Shown here in pieces: positions 49,860 through 60,900 of a stretch of DNA of 61,046 bases. The notes under the pieces are model-generated. The model was not told the DNA's origin. It saw only the letters and a list, made by a program, of their open reading frames with translations, and ran no database searches. The position numbers and the translations under genes are program-made. The DNA is from a virus (Duplodnaviria > Caudoviricetes): positions 1 through 61,046 of the IMG/VR virus record IMGVR_UViG_3300025513_000519. One strand, given 5' to 3'. Each line of letters begins with the position of its first letter. Position 1 is the stretch's first letter.

Positions 49860-52800
49860 TAGTAGCTAAAACCTCCGCCCATAGTGCTTGTTGGTGTGCT
49901 AGGAGAACTAGTTATGCCTGTTGTAGCAGTTGTGCTAACGCTGGTTAATACTGTGCCAGTGGCTTGTAGTTCTGTAGCAGTTAATTCGTCGATGATTTCT
50001 ACATCCGCAACTGTTGCTGCGCTGATAAAGATTTCATCTGGTTCTGATTTGATTTCAAAAAGACTTCCAAATGACTGTGATCCTTGTCTAGGAACAATAA
50101 TCACACTCAATAGTTTCGGACTAAGTTGATTCATAATGTAGGCACTCAGTTCTTGGAAGAAAAATGTTTCGCCGAAGTCCCAGTTTTCAATTGCGAAAAA
50201 TCTGTCAACAGCCTGTATAATATCTGCTTTGAGTTCATTTTCGTTAACTACTAGATCTTTATTTCTTACAATTTTAAATTTCACTTGTAGGTCTTCTTTT
50301 GCTTTGCTGCCAAACAGCATCTTATACTTAACCGGATGATAAATCACTTCATCGCTGATTGATTTTATAGAATTAATTGCGCTGCCATAGTTTCTAAACA
50401 GCTGGTCATTGCTTTCTGGTTTCGGGTCAGTAGCTCTGCCACCAGTGAGGAATTTTCTCACTTCTGTATCATAGTTTCTAGTAAGCAGGTAAGTGTCGAT
50501 TATGTTGCTAGCACTTGGGTCAATTCTGTAGTTTGAATCTGCAACATGTACATAATGAAACTTAAGGCCACTGCGACCTACAAAAGCTCTGTAGTTGGTA
50601 TTAATTGTGGTGTTGTTGCGAGATTTATTTAGAGTCTTAAACACACCTTCTTCAAACAGATAAAATACTTGACCTTCAACTTCCCTGCTGTAAACTATCG
50701 CAGCTTCGTTGGTTACAATTTTAACAGTATTATTAGCGTTGTCAAAATATCTAAAATCTTCTACGCCGTCTGTAGTAGTATAACGCTGTTGAATAATTAT
50801 TTTTTGCTGAGGATTGGCACTAGGCTCGATTAATTTTTCAAACAGGTCTGGGTCATCTATTACGCCGTCGTCGTCTAGATCAAAAAATTGTACTTGTATT
50901 TTTCTAGTATCAACATAGCCTTCGTTGTCTCTGTAAGCATCGCTGATATTCCATACAAAATCTCTAGTAAAACTATTGTTAGCGTCTGGTTGCTTGTTGA
51001 TGTTTAATACTGTGATATTGTCTCTAACTATTTTTCCGGTTTTTGGATCGTAAATTTTATCAGCACTGTCAAAGAAGAAACGTATTTCTCCAGCACTTTC
51101 AAACACATAACGAAGATTTCTGTATGTAATGGTATATGTTTCGCCGTTGGTTTTAAAATACAGTAGCCAGCTTGAATCTAGATTCTGTCCGCTGATATCG
51201 CCTGCTTTACCTACTGCAAAATCATTAATAGTATTGACATCCGCTGCTAGCACAAGTTCCCAGTCTCGTTGGTCCACATCATATCTCAGAGCATAATCTT
51301 TGTAGGCAAAGGTTTGATCGATGATCTGTGTCTTGAGATCATTTGATAACGATCTGGAAAACTTAGGAACGATCTGTTCTAGTATAGCACCGTTGGGTAT
51401 AAAGTCAACCAGTGTAACTGCTCCGTCGCCTGCTTCAGTAGGTTCAGCACCATTGCCCGATACAGCAGCTACTCTGGTCCATTTGTAACTGGTTGCTCCT
51501 ACTGCTTCTATATTAGTAGTATAAGCACCGTCGGGTAAGAAATATTGCACAGCGCCTGACGATGAAAGTGGTGGAACAAATCTCACCAGTGTTCCTGCTT
51601 CTACTAATCGCAAATTGTTGACAGTGAACGAACCCAGTGTGTAAGCGGTGCCGTCTACGTCTTTGATAAATCCTGTATATTGATTTGTAAATTCAGTTGT
51701 GTTTTCCCAACTGGCATTTAGGTCAGTAACAATAATTTGTGGAAATTCTGAATAGTAGAAATTCTTAAGATTAGTGCTGGCAATTATATCTTCAACAGTG
51801 TTTACAATTATGCCTTCGATATCACTCTGTGTAGCAAAACTAAACTGTGTTTTTGTATCAAATGTTTCTTTATAAACTACACCGTCATCTGCGAACAGGC
51901 TGGTATTTGAATATTTTCCGCTGGCATCTTTGAGATCAAAGTATCTGCTGATGCCGCTGGATATTCTGTTTACTGCTTTGGTTTTTATAATGTCTTGGCT
52001 GATCGCAAGAGGACCAATGTTGTAGTCTTCACCAGTGATCAATCTATTTTGTGTGTAGTATGTTGCCGGGGCATTTTGTTTGATGCTGGCGTTTGATTCT
52101 GTAGCAGTGCCGTTGGCTACTGTGTTTTGTAATCTCAGGCCAAGTGTAAGAGTTTCTAGCGAACCTGTACGACCTTGGTATGGCACTTCTATGGTCACAG
52201 TGCCTATTGCACCTGGTGCAATAACACTAGGTCTATTAGCACTGGTTCTGTAATAGATTTTAAAATTGCCAGCAGGCAGGTTGCCAAATACACCATCACT
52301 AAACACTAGATTAATTCTGTCGCCTATTCTAGTAGTCACAGCATATACGTTTCTTATATTTTGAAATAGGCTGTTGTAGATGATGTTGTTGCCTTCTACT
52401 GAATCCAGTTTGGTCCAGGCAGTTGTTTCAAAACCGTTGGTGTCAACTGAATATATCCAAACGTCCGAATTGTTAATGTTTTCTGCGTCGATAGAAACTA
52501 TTTGATTTGGAGTAGGATTATTAACAGAAAAAGTTCCGTTGTCTAATTTTCCTTGACGGAAATGCATAAAGAATCCTGTGTTGTTGCTGCCTGCACCTTG
52601 GCCGTCATCACGGAATAAAAACGCAGGACTAGTTCCAGGCAGTGGCGGTTCTTCTTTGATACTGCCGTTGTCGAAATCTGTGCTTACTACTTCAAAGCGA
52701 GTGCTTACACCTTCTACGTTCTTTGCGAATGGGAAAACTGGAACAGTGCTGTTGGTAGCATTGAATCGATATTTTTGTGTTTGTACGCCGTCTATGTTTT

Positions 52801-53329
52801 CGCTTTTGAGCGGAGTTCCTACAGCATTTGTAACTGGCAGTGCAGCGTTGAGCACTTTGATAAACTGTTCAAAATAATTAGAATTTGATTGATCATTCCA
52901 GCGAACAACTACGCCAGCAAGATTTACCCCAGAACTGTCTCTTATTGATTCAGTAGTTTTTACTGTGGTAATTTTTAGTAAACCGTTGGCTGCTTGATTG
53001 CGTCTTGGGTTGTAGGCAAGCATTCTAGCAAGACGCAGTATTGATTCTCTACGCTCTGCTGTTTCAAGGAAATTTTCTCTAGCATTGAGATCAATACGGA
53101 AACTTAGATTCTGCCCAAGGAAAGCAATCATATCAATCAGTGCAAGATATTCCGAACTTTCAATATAATCATTAAAATCTTCGGGGTAATTTTGACGCAG
53201 ATAATTGATCATTGTTCTGCGAAGATTGTCGAAATCATAGCTTTGGAAGTCTGCGTTCCTAAAGCTTTGATATACTCTTTTCCAATCTTCGGCTACTAAT
53301 AGTCTGTTTTGTCTATCGCTTGAAGACAT
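49859..53329 (-). CDS. Baseplate wedge protein, T4 gp6-like
   Basis: DFDNLR..YL..FNDY..S..LID..A..ENFLETA.RRES...LARMLAYNP; ESNASIKQNAP..YYTQNR.IT.EDY. Confidence 0.85.
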   Translation of the reverse strand: MSSSDRQNRLLVAEDWKRVYQSFRNADFQSYDFDNLRRTMINYLRQNYPEDFNDYIESSEYLALIDMIAFLGQNLSFRIDLNARENFLETAERRESILRLARMLAYNPRRNQAANGLLKITTVKTTESIRDSSGVNLAGVVVRWNDQSNSNYFEQFIKVLNAALPVTNAVGTPLKSENIDGVQTQKYRFNATNSTVPVFPFAKNVEGVSTRFEVVSTDFDNGSIKEEPPLPGTSPAFLFRDDGQGAGSNNTGFFMHFRQGKLDNGTFSVNNPTPNQIVSIDAENINNSDVWIYSVDTNGFETTAWTKLDSVEGNNIIYNSLFQNIRNVYAVTTRIGDRINLVFSDGVFGNLPAGNFKIYYRTSANRPSVIAPGAIGTVTIEVPYQGRTGSLETLTLGLRLQNTVANGTATESNASIKQNAPATYYTQNRLITGEDYNIGPLAISQDIIKTKAVNRISSGISRYFDLKDASGKYSNTSLFADDGVVYKETFDTKTQFSFATQSDIEGIIVNTVEDIIASTNLKNFYYSEFPQIIVTDLNASWENTTEFTNQYTGFIKDVDGTAYTLGSFTVNNLRLVEAGTLVRFVPPLSSSGAVQYFLPDGAYTTNIEAVGATSYKWTRVAAVSGNGAEPTEAGDGAVTLVDFIPNGAILEQIVPKFSRSLSNDLKTQIIDQTFAYKDYALRYDVDQRDWELVLAADVNTINDFAVGKAGDISGQNLDSSWLLYFKTNGETYTITYRNLRYVFESAGEIRFFFDSADKIYDPKTGKIVRDNITVLNINKQPDANNSFTRDFVWNISDAYRDNEGYVDTRKIQVQFFDLDDDGVIDDPDLFEKLIEPSANPQQKIIIQQRYTTTDGVEDFRYFDNANNTVKIVTNEAAIVYSREVEGQVFYLFEEGVFKTLNKSRNNTTINTNYRAFVGRSGLKFHYVHVADSNYRIDPSASNIIDTYLLTRNYDTEVRKFLTGGRATDPKPESNDQLFRNYGSAINSIKSISDEVIYHPVKYKMLFGSKAKEDLQVKFKIVRNKDLVVNENELKADIIQAVDRFFAIENWDFGETFFFQELSAYIMNQLSPKLLSVIIVPRQGSQSFGSLFEIKSEPDEIFISAATVADVEIIDELTATELQATGTVLTSVSTTATTGITSSPSTPTSTMGGGFSY

Positions 53330-53353
53330 GCTGAGATTCCTTGTTTACTATGA

Positions 53354-53360
53354 TATTTAT
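53354..53360 (-). promoter_or_regulatory. Late promoter motif ATAAATA
   Basis: Intergenic upstream of the gp6-like gene, followed by AAGGA RBS. Confidence 0.55.
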
Positions 53361-53385
53361 CCAGTTTGAAAAACTGCGTAGTTAA

Positions 53386-53823
53386 TTATAGTAAGCCGTT
53401 TGCTTGGTCAAAACGGAATCTCAACTGCTCTGAAATATTATAAGGAAGGTACGCTATTTGACATTCTACACTTATACCCTGTTCGTAGGTGTCTACTATT
53501 ATACTGTCAACACTTACTCTGGGATCAAAGTTAACAATAGTAGTAACATTTTGTATAATCGCTTCCTGAACCTGAGCAGTAAATGGTTCAAACAGTAGAT
53601 CCCAAATTATGCAACCAAATGAAGGATCGCTTAATTTCTCACCTTGACGGATATGAAAATGATTGATAATGTCCTGCTTAATAAGTTCAAAGTCGTAGAG
53701 GCTAAATCCTTCGTTTTTAGTGCTAACTGTGCTGAACCCTCTATAGGCCCTGCCACTGCTGGCAGTTGACCCATTGGATTTAACAGTTACACGTTTGTAC
53801 AGATTTTTTTCTAGCTCACTCAT
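53386..53823 (-). CDS. Baseplate wedge protein, gp25/GPW-like
   Basis: IKQDIINHFHIRQGEK..PSFGC.IWDLLFEP..FDPRV. Confidence 0.88.
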   Translation of the reverse strand: MSELEKNLYKRVTVKSNGSTASSGRAYRGFSTVSTKNEGFSLYDFELIKQDIINHFHIRQGEKLSDPSFGCIIWDLLFEPFTAQVQEAIIQNVTTIVNFDPRVSVDSIIVDTYEQGISVECQIAYLPYNISEQLRFRFDQANGLL

Positions 53824-53827
53824 ACAG

Positions 53828-53834
53828 TATTTAT
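53828..53834 (-). promoter_or_regulatory. Late promoter motif ATAAATA, 4 nt before ATG
   Basis: ATAAATA-ctgt-ATG. Confidence 0.55.
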
Positions 53835-53841
53835 CTCGTTA

Positions 53842-56508
53842 TTATGAGCCGGTTCTAGATGTGCCGTCAGCATTTTGTGGTCCTGGTAGATTTGAATCAT
53901 CGATATCTGATGGTGTTTTGATATCAGTTCCGTCTTCAGGTACAAGCGGTACTCCGTCTGCTCTCTCTGAACTAGGCCCTAGAGGAATGAATCCTCTAGG
54001 GAAATCAAAGGCGCCGCCTTCATTCTTGCGAGCACTGAAATGCATAGCATCATCAATCGAAGTCCAGGCGCCGCCCCAACCTAGTCCATGTTTATTAGCA
54101 AGTTGTAGTGTGTTGGGTGGCATGTCTGTCATAGGTGCGTTAGCAGGACGTGGCGAGTAAAATCCATTAGGATATTGATTGTGTACTGGGTTTGGTGGAT
54201 TGATGTCAATAGCGGCGCCGCTGGCATGAACACTCCAGGATCCTCCGCTAACAGTTTGACGTTTAGCATATCCCAATAGAGTGCGTATTTCATAACCACT
54301 GTCTTCTAGATCATCAATAAATCCTTGGAAATTAGGTACAAACAATTCTGCTACTTGTGTAGTAAGTCCGCGTTTTTTAGTTTTAATAGTTCCTAAGGGT
54401 CCGTCGCCTACAAAGAATCTTGTAGTAATGTTGTCAGGATTTCCTCTAGCTGCGTCAATCTGTTGATCGCCGCTGAATGTATTTACAGAGCCCTGAGACT
54501 CAGTTCCGTTTACTATAGAACCATCGCCTGTTCCGCCGTCGAATCCTTGTATGTTACCAGAATTAAGAACTGTCTGGCTGGTGGTAATTGATCCTTTGTT
54601 TTTAGCAAATGTATCAGGTGTTACAATTCTATCATTTGGAGGCAACATGCCAGGATCTTCTCTGTCTGTTTGTTCTTTTTTAAACGCTTGTGGGTTCATG
54701 TTTTCGTGATGCGACCAAGGTTCATGCTGTGGTGCTCTTGTTAGTATACTTTCATATGGTACAGGCTGTTGTGCTCCAGGAAATGTATAAGGTAGTGTAA
54801 CTGTAGTTAGCGGAGATACTCTGTCAGCATCTAATGCAGCCTGTGCAGTTAATGCATTTTGCGCTGTGACTGCTGGGGTGCCAGATCCAGCAAGGTCACT
54901 GTTCCAATGAATTAGGCGAGCATCACCGGCTATGATCGACCCACCTAATAGATTAATACCAACCGCAGCTTCGTCGTATATACTAGCACCGCTTTGTCGT
55001 GTAATACTGGCTCCTGCTGTGGTACGAACTTCGCCGCCTGCTTGTTGGCTTAGTAATCCACCCACTGTTAGTCTATAACCAAATCCTATATTTGAATCAA
55101 AATTAGCAGCTTTTAGCATGTAACTCTGTGCTACATTATCATGCATAGTGCGGCCTGAAGTTCTAAAGAAACTTTGACCTGATTTCATATGTGTTGATTT
55201 ATCTGACAATGTCATAATATCTTGATTAGCGTGGAGATAATAGCTTTCTTTGACTGTGGTGTTTAGATCTAAATCAATAGCAACGTCGCCGTTACCCTTA
55301 ACTGTTAGTTTATAATCATGTCCTACAAAAAAGTTTGTATCCCAAGCACTTTCAACCTGTACACGGCCACTTTCTTTGTTATCAAGATATTGTGCTCCAT
55401 CGCTGTATCTAGCAGTGGCTTTCATATTGATGTTGCGGCCGGCTTCTACGTTAAAATCTCTTTCAGCAGTAAAATTAATATCATTGTCTGACATGATGCT
55501 GATACTGTCTTGAGCATGAATATCAATTTTACCGTCTGATGTTATTTCTATCCATGCTGTGCCGCGACTGTTGCCTATGTAGATTAAATCTTCTGAATTG
55601 TGTAATAAAATTTGGTGTCCGGTTCTAGTTCTCAATCTAAGCAATTCGTTTTGCGGTATAGTTTCGTCGCCGCCTGTTTCGCCGGCTCCTTTGTTAATAT
55701 AGAACGGTGGTCCTTCCTCTGCGTGAGTAGCACGAACAAATTTGTCATCGCCGTCGTCCATTACAAAGCTGGATCCGCCCAATCTATTAAAGGGCATGTT
55801 GGCACGTCTTCCAACGGCTCCTAGTTCTACTCTGGGGTTGCCAGTTCTTTTATCTGCAGGTCCAGGAGTACTCCATCCAGATACCATACTGGGAGTATCT
55901 CGTCTAGCACTGGTTGTGGTTGTGCCTCTAACTTCATCAAAAAGTAGGCCTTGTACTTCTAGCACATTTGTAAAATCTTTATTGTAGGGTTTTTTAAACA
56001 GTGTTGGGTCTACTAGTTCGCCTGTTTCAATAAGTTTGTTGTATTCGCCTACTGGTAATTTAACGCCTGTTAAATTTTGAGGTGTAGCTTCGGTTGTGCG
56101 CTCTGTACTTGCTCTGCCATCAGGAACCATAAAATTCATATAGTCGTCTTGTACACAACCGATCCAGTATCCGAAGTTAGGATTTCCTTCAGCAAATATC
56201 ACAAGAACTCTAGTACCTATGTCAGGTGGTACTGCCCAAAATCCATAGCTTTTTTGAGTGTTGGCATATCCGTCGTCAAGGTTTATGCCTCGGCTAGAAG
56301 TAACTCCATAGAACGGTGACAGATACCTCACTGTTAATATTTCGCCGCTGCGTTCTGGACTGTTGCCTGCACCGGTATATTTTAATATTTCTACTTCAAG
56401 TGATCCCATATATTTTGGATCAAGATTGTTTACTATAAGAGCTTCATATGGTCCTGAGTTTTTTATTATTGTGCCGCTAGCTGCGGTTCTTGTATAGCTG
56501 GATGCCAT
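53842..56508 (-). CDS. gp5-like baseplate central spike with C-terminal peptidase M15 domain
   Basis: N-terminal OB-fold (DPKYMGSL..PPDIGTRVLVIF..GYWIGC), RTRTGHQILL, beta-helix repeats, C-terminal SVHASGAAIDIN..WGG.W..DAMHF. Confidence 0.85.
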   Translation of the reverse strand: MASSYTRTAASGTIIKNSGPYEALIVNNLDPKYMGSLEVEILKYTGAGNSPERSGEILTVRYLSPFYGVTSSRGINLDDGYANTQKSYGFWAVPPDIGTRVLVIFAEGNPNFGYWIGCVQDDYMNFMVPDGRASTERTTEATPQNLTGVKLPVGEYNKLIETGELVDPTLFKKPYNKDFTNVLEVQGLLFDEVRGTTTTSARRDTPSMVSGWSTPGPADKRTGNPRVELGAVGRRANMPFNRLGGSSFVMDDGDDKFVRATHAEEGPPFYINKGAGETGGDETIPQNELLRLRTRTGHQILLHNSEDLIYIGNSRGTAWIEITSDGKIDIHAQDSISIMSDNDINFTAERDFNVEAGRNINMKATARYSDGAQYLDNKESGRVQVESAWDTNFFVGHDYKLTVKGNGDVAIDLDLNTTVKESYYLHANQDIMTLSDKSTHMKSGQSFFRTSGRTMHDNVAQSYMLKAANFDSNIGFGYRLTVGGLLSQQAGGEVRTTAGASITRQSGASIYDEAAVGINLLGGSIIAGDARLIHWNSDLAGSGTPAVTAQNALTAQAALDADRVSPLTTVTLPYTFPGAQQPVPYESILTRAPQHEPWSHHENMNPQAFKKEQTDREDPGMLPPNDRIVTPDTFAKNKGSITTSQTVLNSGNIQGFDGGTGDGSIVNGTESQGSVNTFSGDQQIDAARGNPDNITTRFFVGDGPLGTIKTKKRGLTTQVAELFVPNFQGFIDDLEDSGYEIRTLLGYAKRQTVSGGSWSVHASGAAIDINPPNPVHNQYPNGFYSPRPANAPMTDMPPNTLQLANKHGLGWGGAWTSIDDAMHFSARKNEGGAFDFPRGFIPLGPSSERADGVPLVPEDGTDIKTPSDIDDSNLPGPQNADGTSRTGS

Positions 56509-57863
56509 TATTGAGGTCCTACGTTGTTAGCAGATGGAAAGGCTTTATCTGGTCTAGTTTGTCCTGGTCTTGTCGGTATAGTTATTGGGACAGGGCCGTC
56601 CGTTCTATTAGAAATGGTAGGCTCAGCGTTTTGTAACACTTCCAGCTGTCTTGTTACAGCACTGGCAAAATCAGTAGCACTTGTTGATTGGCCGCCGGTG
56701 AGTGCTGAATTAATAGCACTTTCATTGAACAGTGAACTTGCCCTCTCTACTAGATTAGATAACACAGCACCAGGATCTGCTAGAGTGCTTAGTGCCTCAC
56801 TAATATTAGATTGTAGATCACTAGACAGAGCAGATTCAGTGCTGTCTGCGACTGGTACTGTTGTTGGCGGTTCTACGCCACTGTTGGTTGTAGCTACTCT
56901 AGCCAATCCAATATTGCCATTTATTACAGGTGATGCTGAGGCTGGTCCAGTTCCGTGTATGCCTAGATCTTTTATTTTTTCTCCAGTCCTAAAGTCATAT
57001 CTATCATCTAGTGGATCTGTAGTTCTATACTGATAAACAGCGCCTGTTGCAGCCGGTAAAATAGTCGAAGGTATTGGTCTAGAGCCTGCATTTCCTCCTG
57101 TATACGCACCTACTCCTACTCCTGCGGCTTGCGCAGCAATTTGCGCTCTTGGAGTAGTTCCCGCTGCTGGGGCGGCGGTGTTAGGGCCGTCGAGCGCTAA
57201 AGAAATAGTTCTTATATTTCCAGTTTCGGCAGCAAGTATATCTTCTAATTCTTGATATATTGTGTTGGTGCCTTGTTCTCTTGTTTGTATCCTGTCAGGA
57301 TCTGTGAGGGACAGATTGGAGTGTATATCGACTTTTGACCTATTATTTGGAGATTCTACTAATGGTTGTATATACTCTCCATTTTTATCTTTCACATAGT
57401 CAGCATAGTAAGTTTCACCTTTACGCACCGGTCTAAAATGTCCTTGCATAGCATAAGGCACAGGCATCGAAGCAAATTCTTGTGCTAGTTTAATCATGAA
57501 TCTATCAGTGGATAGTGTTCCTGCTAGCCATTGATCTGACTGTCTAGTTCTTAATACATACATTATTAATGCATCCTGTACATCGGGTGTAAATCTAATT
57601 CTTGTAGTATTAATGCCTATTAATCCTATAGTATATCGTAATGTTTTTCGAATAAATTGATATCGACCAGCGGCTGAGCCTTGGTTAGCTGCTATCCTTT
57701 GTGTTTGAAAACGATCAACTTCAGCCAGGGTTATTTGTGTAAGCTGTGGATTAGAAGAATTAGGGACTATGCTAGTATAAGGATCGACTCCGGCTGTTGC
57801 TTCTCCTCTAGCCACAAAAGATAATAGCTGCATTTCTTTATCTGAAATTCTTATTTCTGTCAT
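56508..57863 (-). CDS. Baseplate-associated lysozyme-like (lytic transglycosylase/muramidase) protein
   Basis: ARGE..SAAGRYQFIRKTL..FTPDVQD..LAQEFASMP; low-complexity C-terminal half. Confidence 0.7.
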   Translation of the reverse strand: MTEIRISDKEMQLLSFVARGEATAGVDPYTSIVPNSSNPQLTQITLAEVDRFQTQRIAANQGSAAGRYQFIRKTLRYTIGLIGINTTRIRFTPDVQDALIMYVLRTRQSDQWLAGTLSTDRFMIKLAQEFASMPVPYAMQGHFRPVRKGETYYADYVKDKNGEYIQPLVESPNNRSKVDIHSNLSLTDPDRIQTREQGTNTIYQELEDILAAETGNIRTISLALDGPNTAAPAAGTTPRAQIAAQAAGVGVGAYTGGNAGSRPIPSTILPAATGAVYQYRTTDPLDDRYDFRTGEKIKDLGIHGTGPASASPVINGNIGLARVATTNSGVEPPTTVPVADSTESALSSDLQSNISEALSTLADPGAVLSNLVERASSLFNESAINSALTGGQSTSATDFASAVTRQLEVLQNAEPTISNRTDGPVPITIPTRPGQTRPDKAFPSANNVGPQ

Positions 57864-57893
57864 TTGTCTTTTTTACCTTGCGCTAATCAATAG

Positions 57894-57968
57894 CTATACT
57901 TTAATATAATTAGTTTGTTGATGTGCGCTAGAACGCAAACTGGCTTTCTGTTTATATGGTTGCGACAT
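57894..57968 (-). CDS. Possible 24-aa micro-ORF MSQPYKQKASLRSSAHQQTNYIKV
   Basis: ATG at 57968 with AGGA upstream, TAG at 57894-57896; fills most of an intergenic gap. Confidence 0.3.
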   Translation of the reverse strand: MSQPYKQKASLRSSAHQQTNYIKV

Positions 57969-57982
57969 TAATTATTTTCCTA

Positions 57983-60900
57983 TTAAACACTAGAATTGCC
58001 TTGTTGACTGTCAATTTTTTGAGCACGGCTTTGGTCTATTGCAGATTGACCGGAAGTATTTTGTCCAGGTCTTGTTGGTCTTGGTGCAGCACTACCAGTT
58101 CTTAGTGGAATCGGCGGCTGGGAATTAATGCCAGAACGTCCAATACTATTGAGAACATTATTAACTTCATCATTTCGAAATTGATCTAAGTCAAAAATTT
58201 CTGTATTAGAAGCAGAATCTGCACTTTGTCCAGGAAACACTCCAGTCCTTGGATCAAATGTTACTCCGCCTGCTCTTACAACTGGTGGTAGTCTCGATCC
58301 AGGTCTAGCTGCTTGACCTGAACCAGCAACTGTGCCGTCAGAATTAAATGTAGCACCTGTGGCTATATTTTGGGCACGCTGCTGTCTTAAAGCGGCATCG
58401 TCAGTAGACGCAAAGCCTTCGACTATGCTGGCGGAATTATCTATAGCTAGTATGCCTGTATTTTCGGTAGTAGATTCGGCGTCTTGTCCTCTGCGTCTTA
58501 TCAGTTTAATTGTTTGTTCGAAACGACCTTTAGAAAAATTATTAGTAACTGCCCAGCAACTGAACAATCCACTAAACTGAGATACAACTTGTGGGAACTC
58601 CATAGTAGCACCTTCTATCTGATAATCGAACGGTGTTTTAAAATTAACTACTACAAACACTTCATTTTGCATATAATTCATTGTGCCGTCTGTGGTAAGG
58701 TTAGGACTACCGGCGGCAGATTGACCAATATAATTTCCAGTCTGTTGTGGTAAGAAAAATGGATCACCTATGATACGCATTTCTGCTGTGATTAGATCTG
58801 ACCATTGATTTAGTAGAGTATTTTGAAACATCTGTGCTACTCTTAACTGGACGTTGTCTGACCTAGAAAGAGAGTTAGGATTTTGTCCGAATTCAGTAAC
58901 TTCTTCGATTGTTGTGTTTGTTTCGCTGCTTTCTGATTGTCTCGGTGCCGGAAGCAGAGAAGTTCCTTGTGCTGAATCGTTGCCTGTTATAACAGACTTA
59001 TTGCCAAAGGTTCCGGCACCACCGGGATTTTGTGCAAAATTTGATAGGGCAGTTGTTATATATGCCAAATTGAAATTTATATCAAAATCTAGCACGTCTT
59101 CGTTAACACCAGTATAGATATAATTGTATTCTTTAGCGGCACTGTCTTTGAGCCCTTGAGTGTTTTTTGGTATTTCGTTAGGGCCGCAGTGTTTTGCCTC
59201 ATCAAGGGAATAGGTAATTACATTGTAAACATAGATTCTAGCAGGGCGGCCTCTTTCATCTATACTTGTTTCTGTTTCATCTATATACACCTGTGTTTGT
59301 ATTTTAAACCATTTTCTAGTTCCGTTAGCGTCGCTGTCTGCTGTGGCATTTTCAGCAGCATATTCGCTCGACAGTAAGACACCGGTGATTATATTTACAA
59401 TTGTATCATTTTGATGAAATTGATGTACTCTAGATTTTTCATTAGGAGATAATGTTATATCTGCAGAGTTATTAGTGTCAGTTTTTTGGTCACGGACTTG
59501 ACTACCGTCACCCATAGGAGCATCTCCGCTGGATCCGCTATCTTCGTCGATTAGGCTTTTTCCTATAGCATTCATTCTGCTGGTATCATTAGCAAAATTG
59601 TTTAACAATTCAAAAAGTTGCGAACTGGGCGGCACTACTACTGGGTCAAATTCTCCCTCAGGTGCTGATGCTAGTCCTTGAGATATGGCAACCTGTTCTG
59701 CTGGCGTTGTTAGAGAGTCTGGACTTGTGTAGGTTCCTGCTATTACTTCAGCATAGTCGGTTAATTTTTGCGGAAAAGCAATGATGTATCTATCACCTGT
59801 AGACAAAACATCGTTGTCTTCAAGATTGGCTATTCTATCGTTTAACGCAGCACTTACAGAATTAACTTCTCCGTTTAGAACTTCGTGAACTGTTCTGCCC
59901 ACAGCATTTATAGTGGTCATACTTTTATTGACAGAGTCACCCAGTCCAGTTTCACTATATGCAACTGCTTCTACATCGTAGACACTGCCTTGGCCACTAA
60001 CATTGAATTCCATATTGATTATATTAATCGGAATAAAAATAGGTGCTGTAACAAAATTAGCATCTGTTTCACCGTCTTCGTTCCATCCTGCAAAGTCTAT
60101 TCTCAAACAGAATGGTACACCTATAACATTGTCATACCCTTGTTCTGTAGCAGATCCTATGATTGCTTGAACAAAATTACCCATGCTGTAGGGTTCTGTT
60201 ACTTTGAATCTAATAGTAGTTCCCATAGCCAAACCTGTGTTTGAGTTAGGAACGATCACAGCATCTATTTCTAAATCGTCTATGAAATATTCCGCATGAT
60301 CTCTAATAGGGACTCCAAAAGCAGTAAATGAATTGCCTGCTGCTTCGTCTAATACTTGATAACGGTTGCTGTATTGTCCGCCACCTGAACGAATTATGTA
60401 TTTGTTAAATCCGTTACTTCTGTATAATTCAGGTCGATTGTATTCGCTAGCACTTAAAACACCTAATGTGAGAATATAATTGAAACTGTTATGATTTCTC
60501 AAAGGGTTTGGTATTTTGCTACGGCTGGCGCTTTTGTCGGCAGCTACTCCTACTCCTCTTATTGAATTTCTAAGAGCAGAAAATGTATCATCTACAAAAT
60601 CTTCTAGATTTGAAGTATCACCTATTTCTTCGATTTCCTGTCTAAGAGTATCAAAATCTCCACCCACAGCAAATGCTAGTTCAGACAAACTTCTAGGTAT
60701 TACATTTATAATATTTGTAGAAAATTGTTCAAGGTCAAAGTTTCCTATCAGTGAACTCAGTTGTCCAAATGTTGTGCCAGAAGTAAGACTGGTCACAGCC
60801 CCAGTGATTCCACTTATTGTGTTTGTAAAATTAGATACTACAGATCCTATCTGTCCAATTTGACCCAGTTGTCCAACTGCTGATCCTAGGCCTGAGGATA

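Noticed and set aside
53362-53376. Small hairpin CAGTTT-GAA-AAACTG between the gp25- and gp6-like genes as a terminator
   Set aside because: Weak 6-bp AT-rich stem with no U-tract.
1171-60863. Many 60-170 aa plus-strand and nested ORFs in the track (e.g. 5206-5514, 12216-12551, 28763-29110, 56524-57033)
   Set aside because: They are antisense or alternative-frame shadows of long motif-bearing genes, with no RBS or recognisable motifs.
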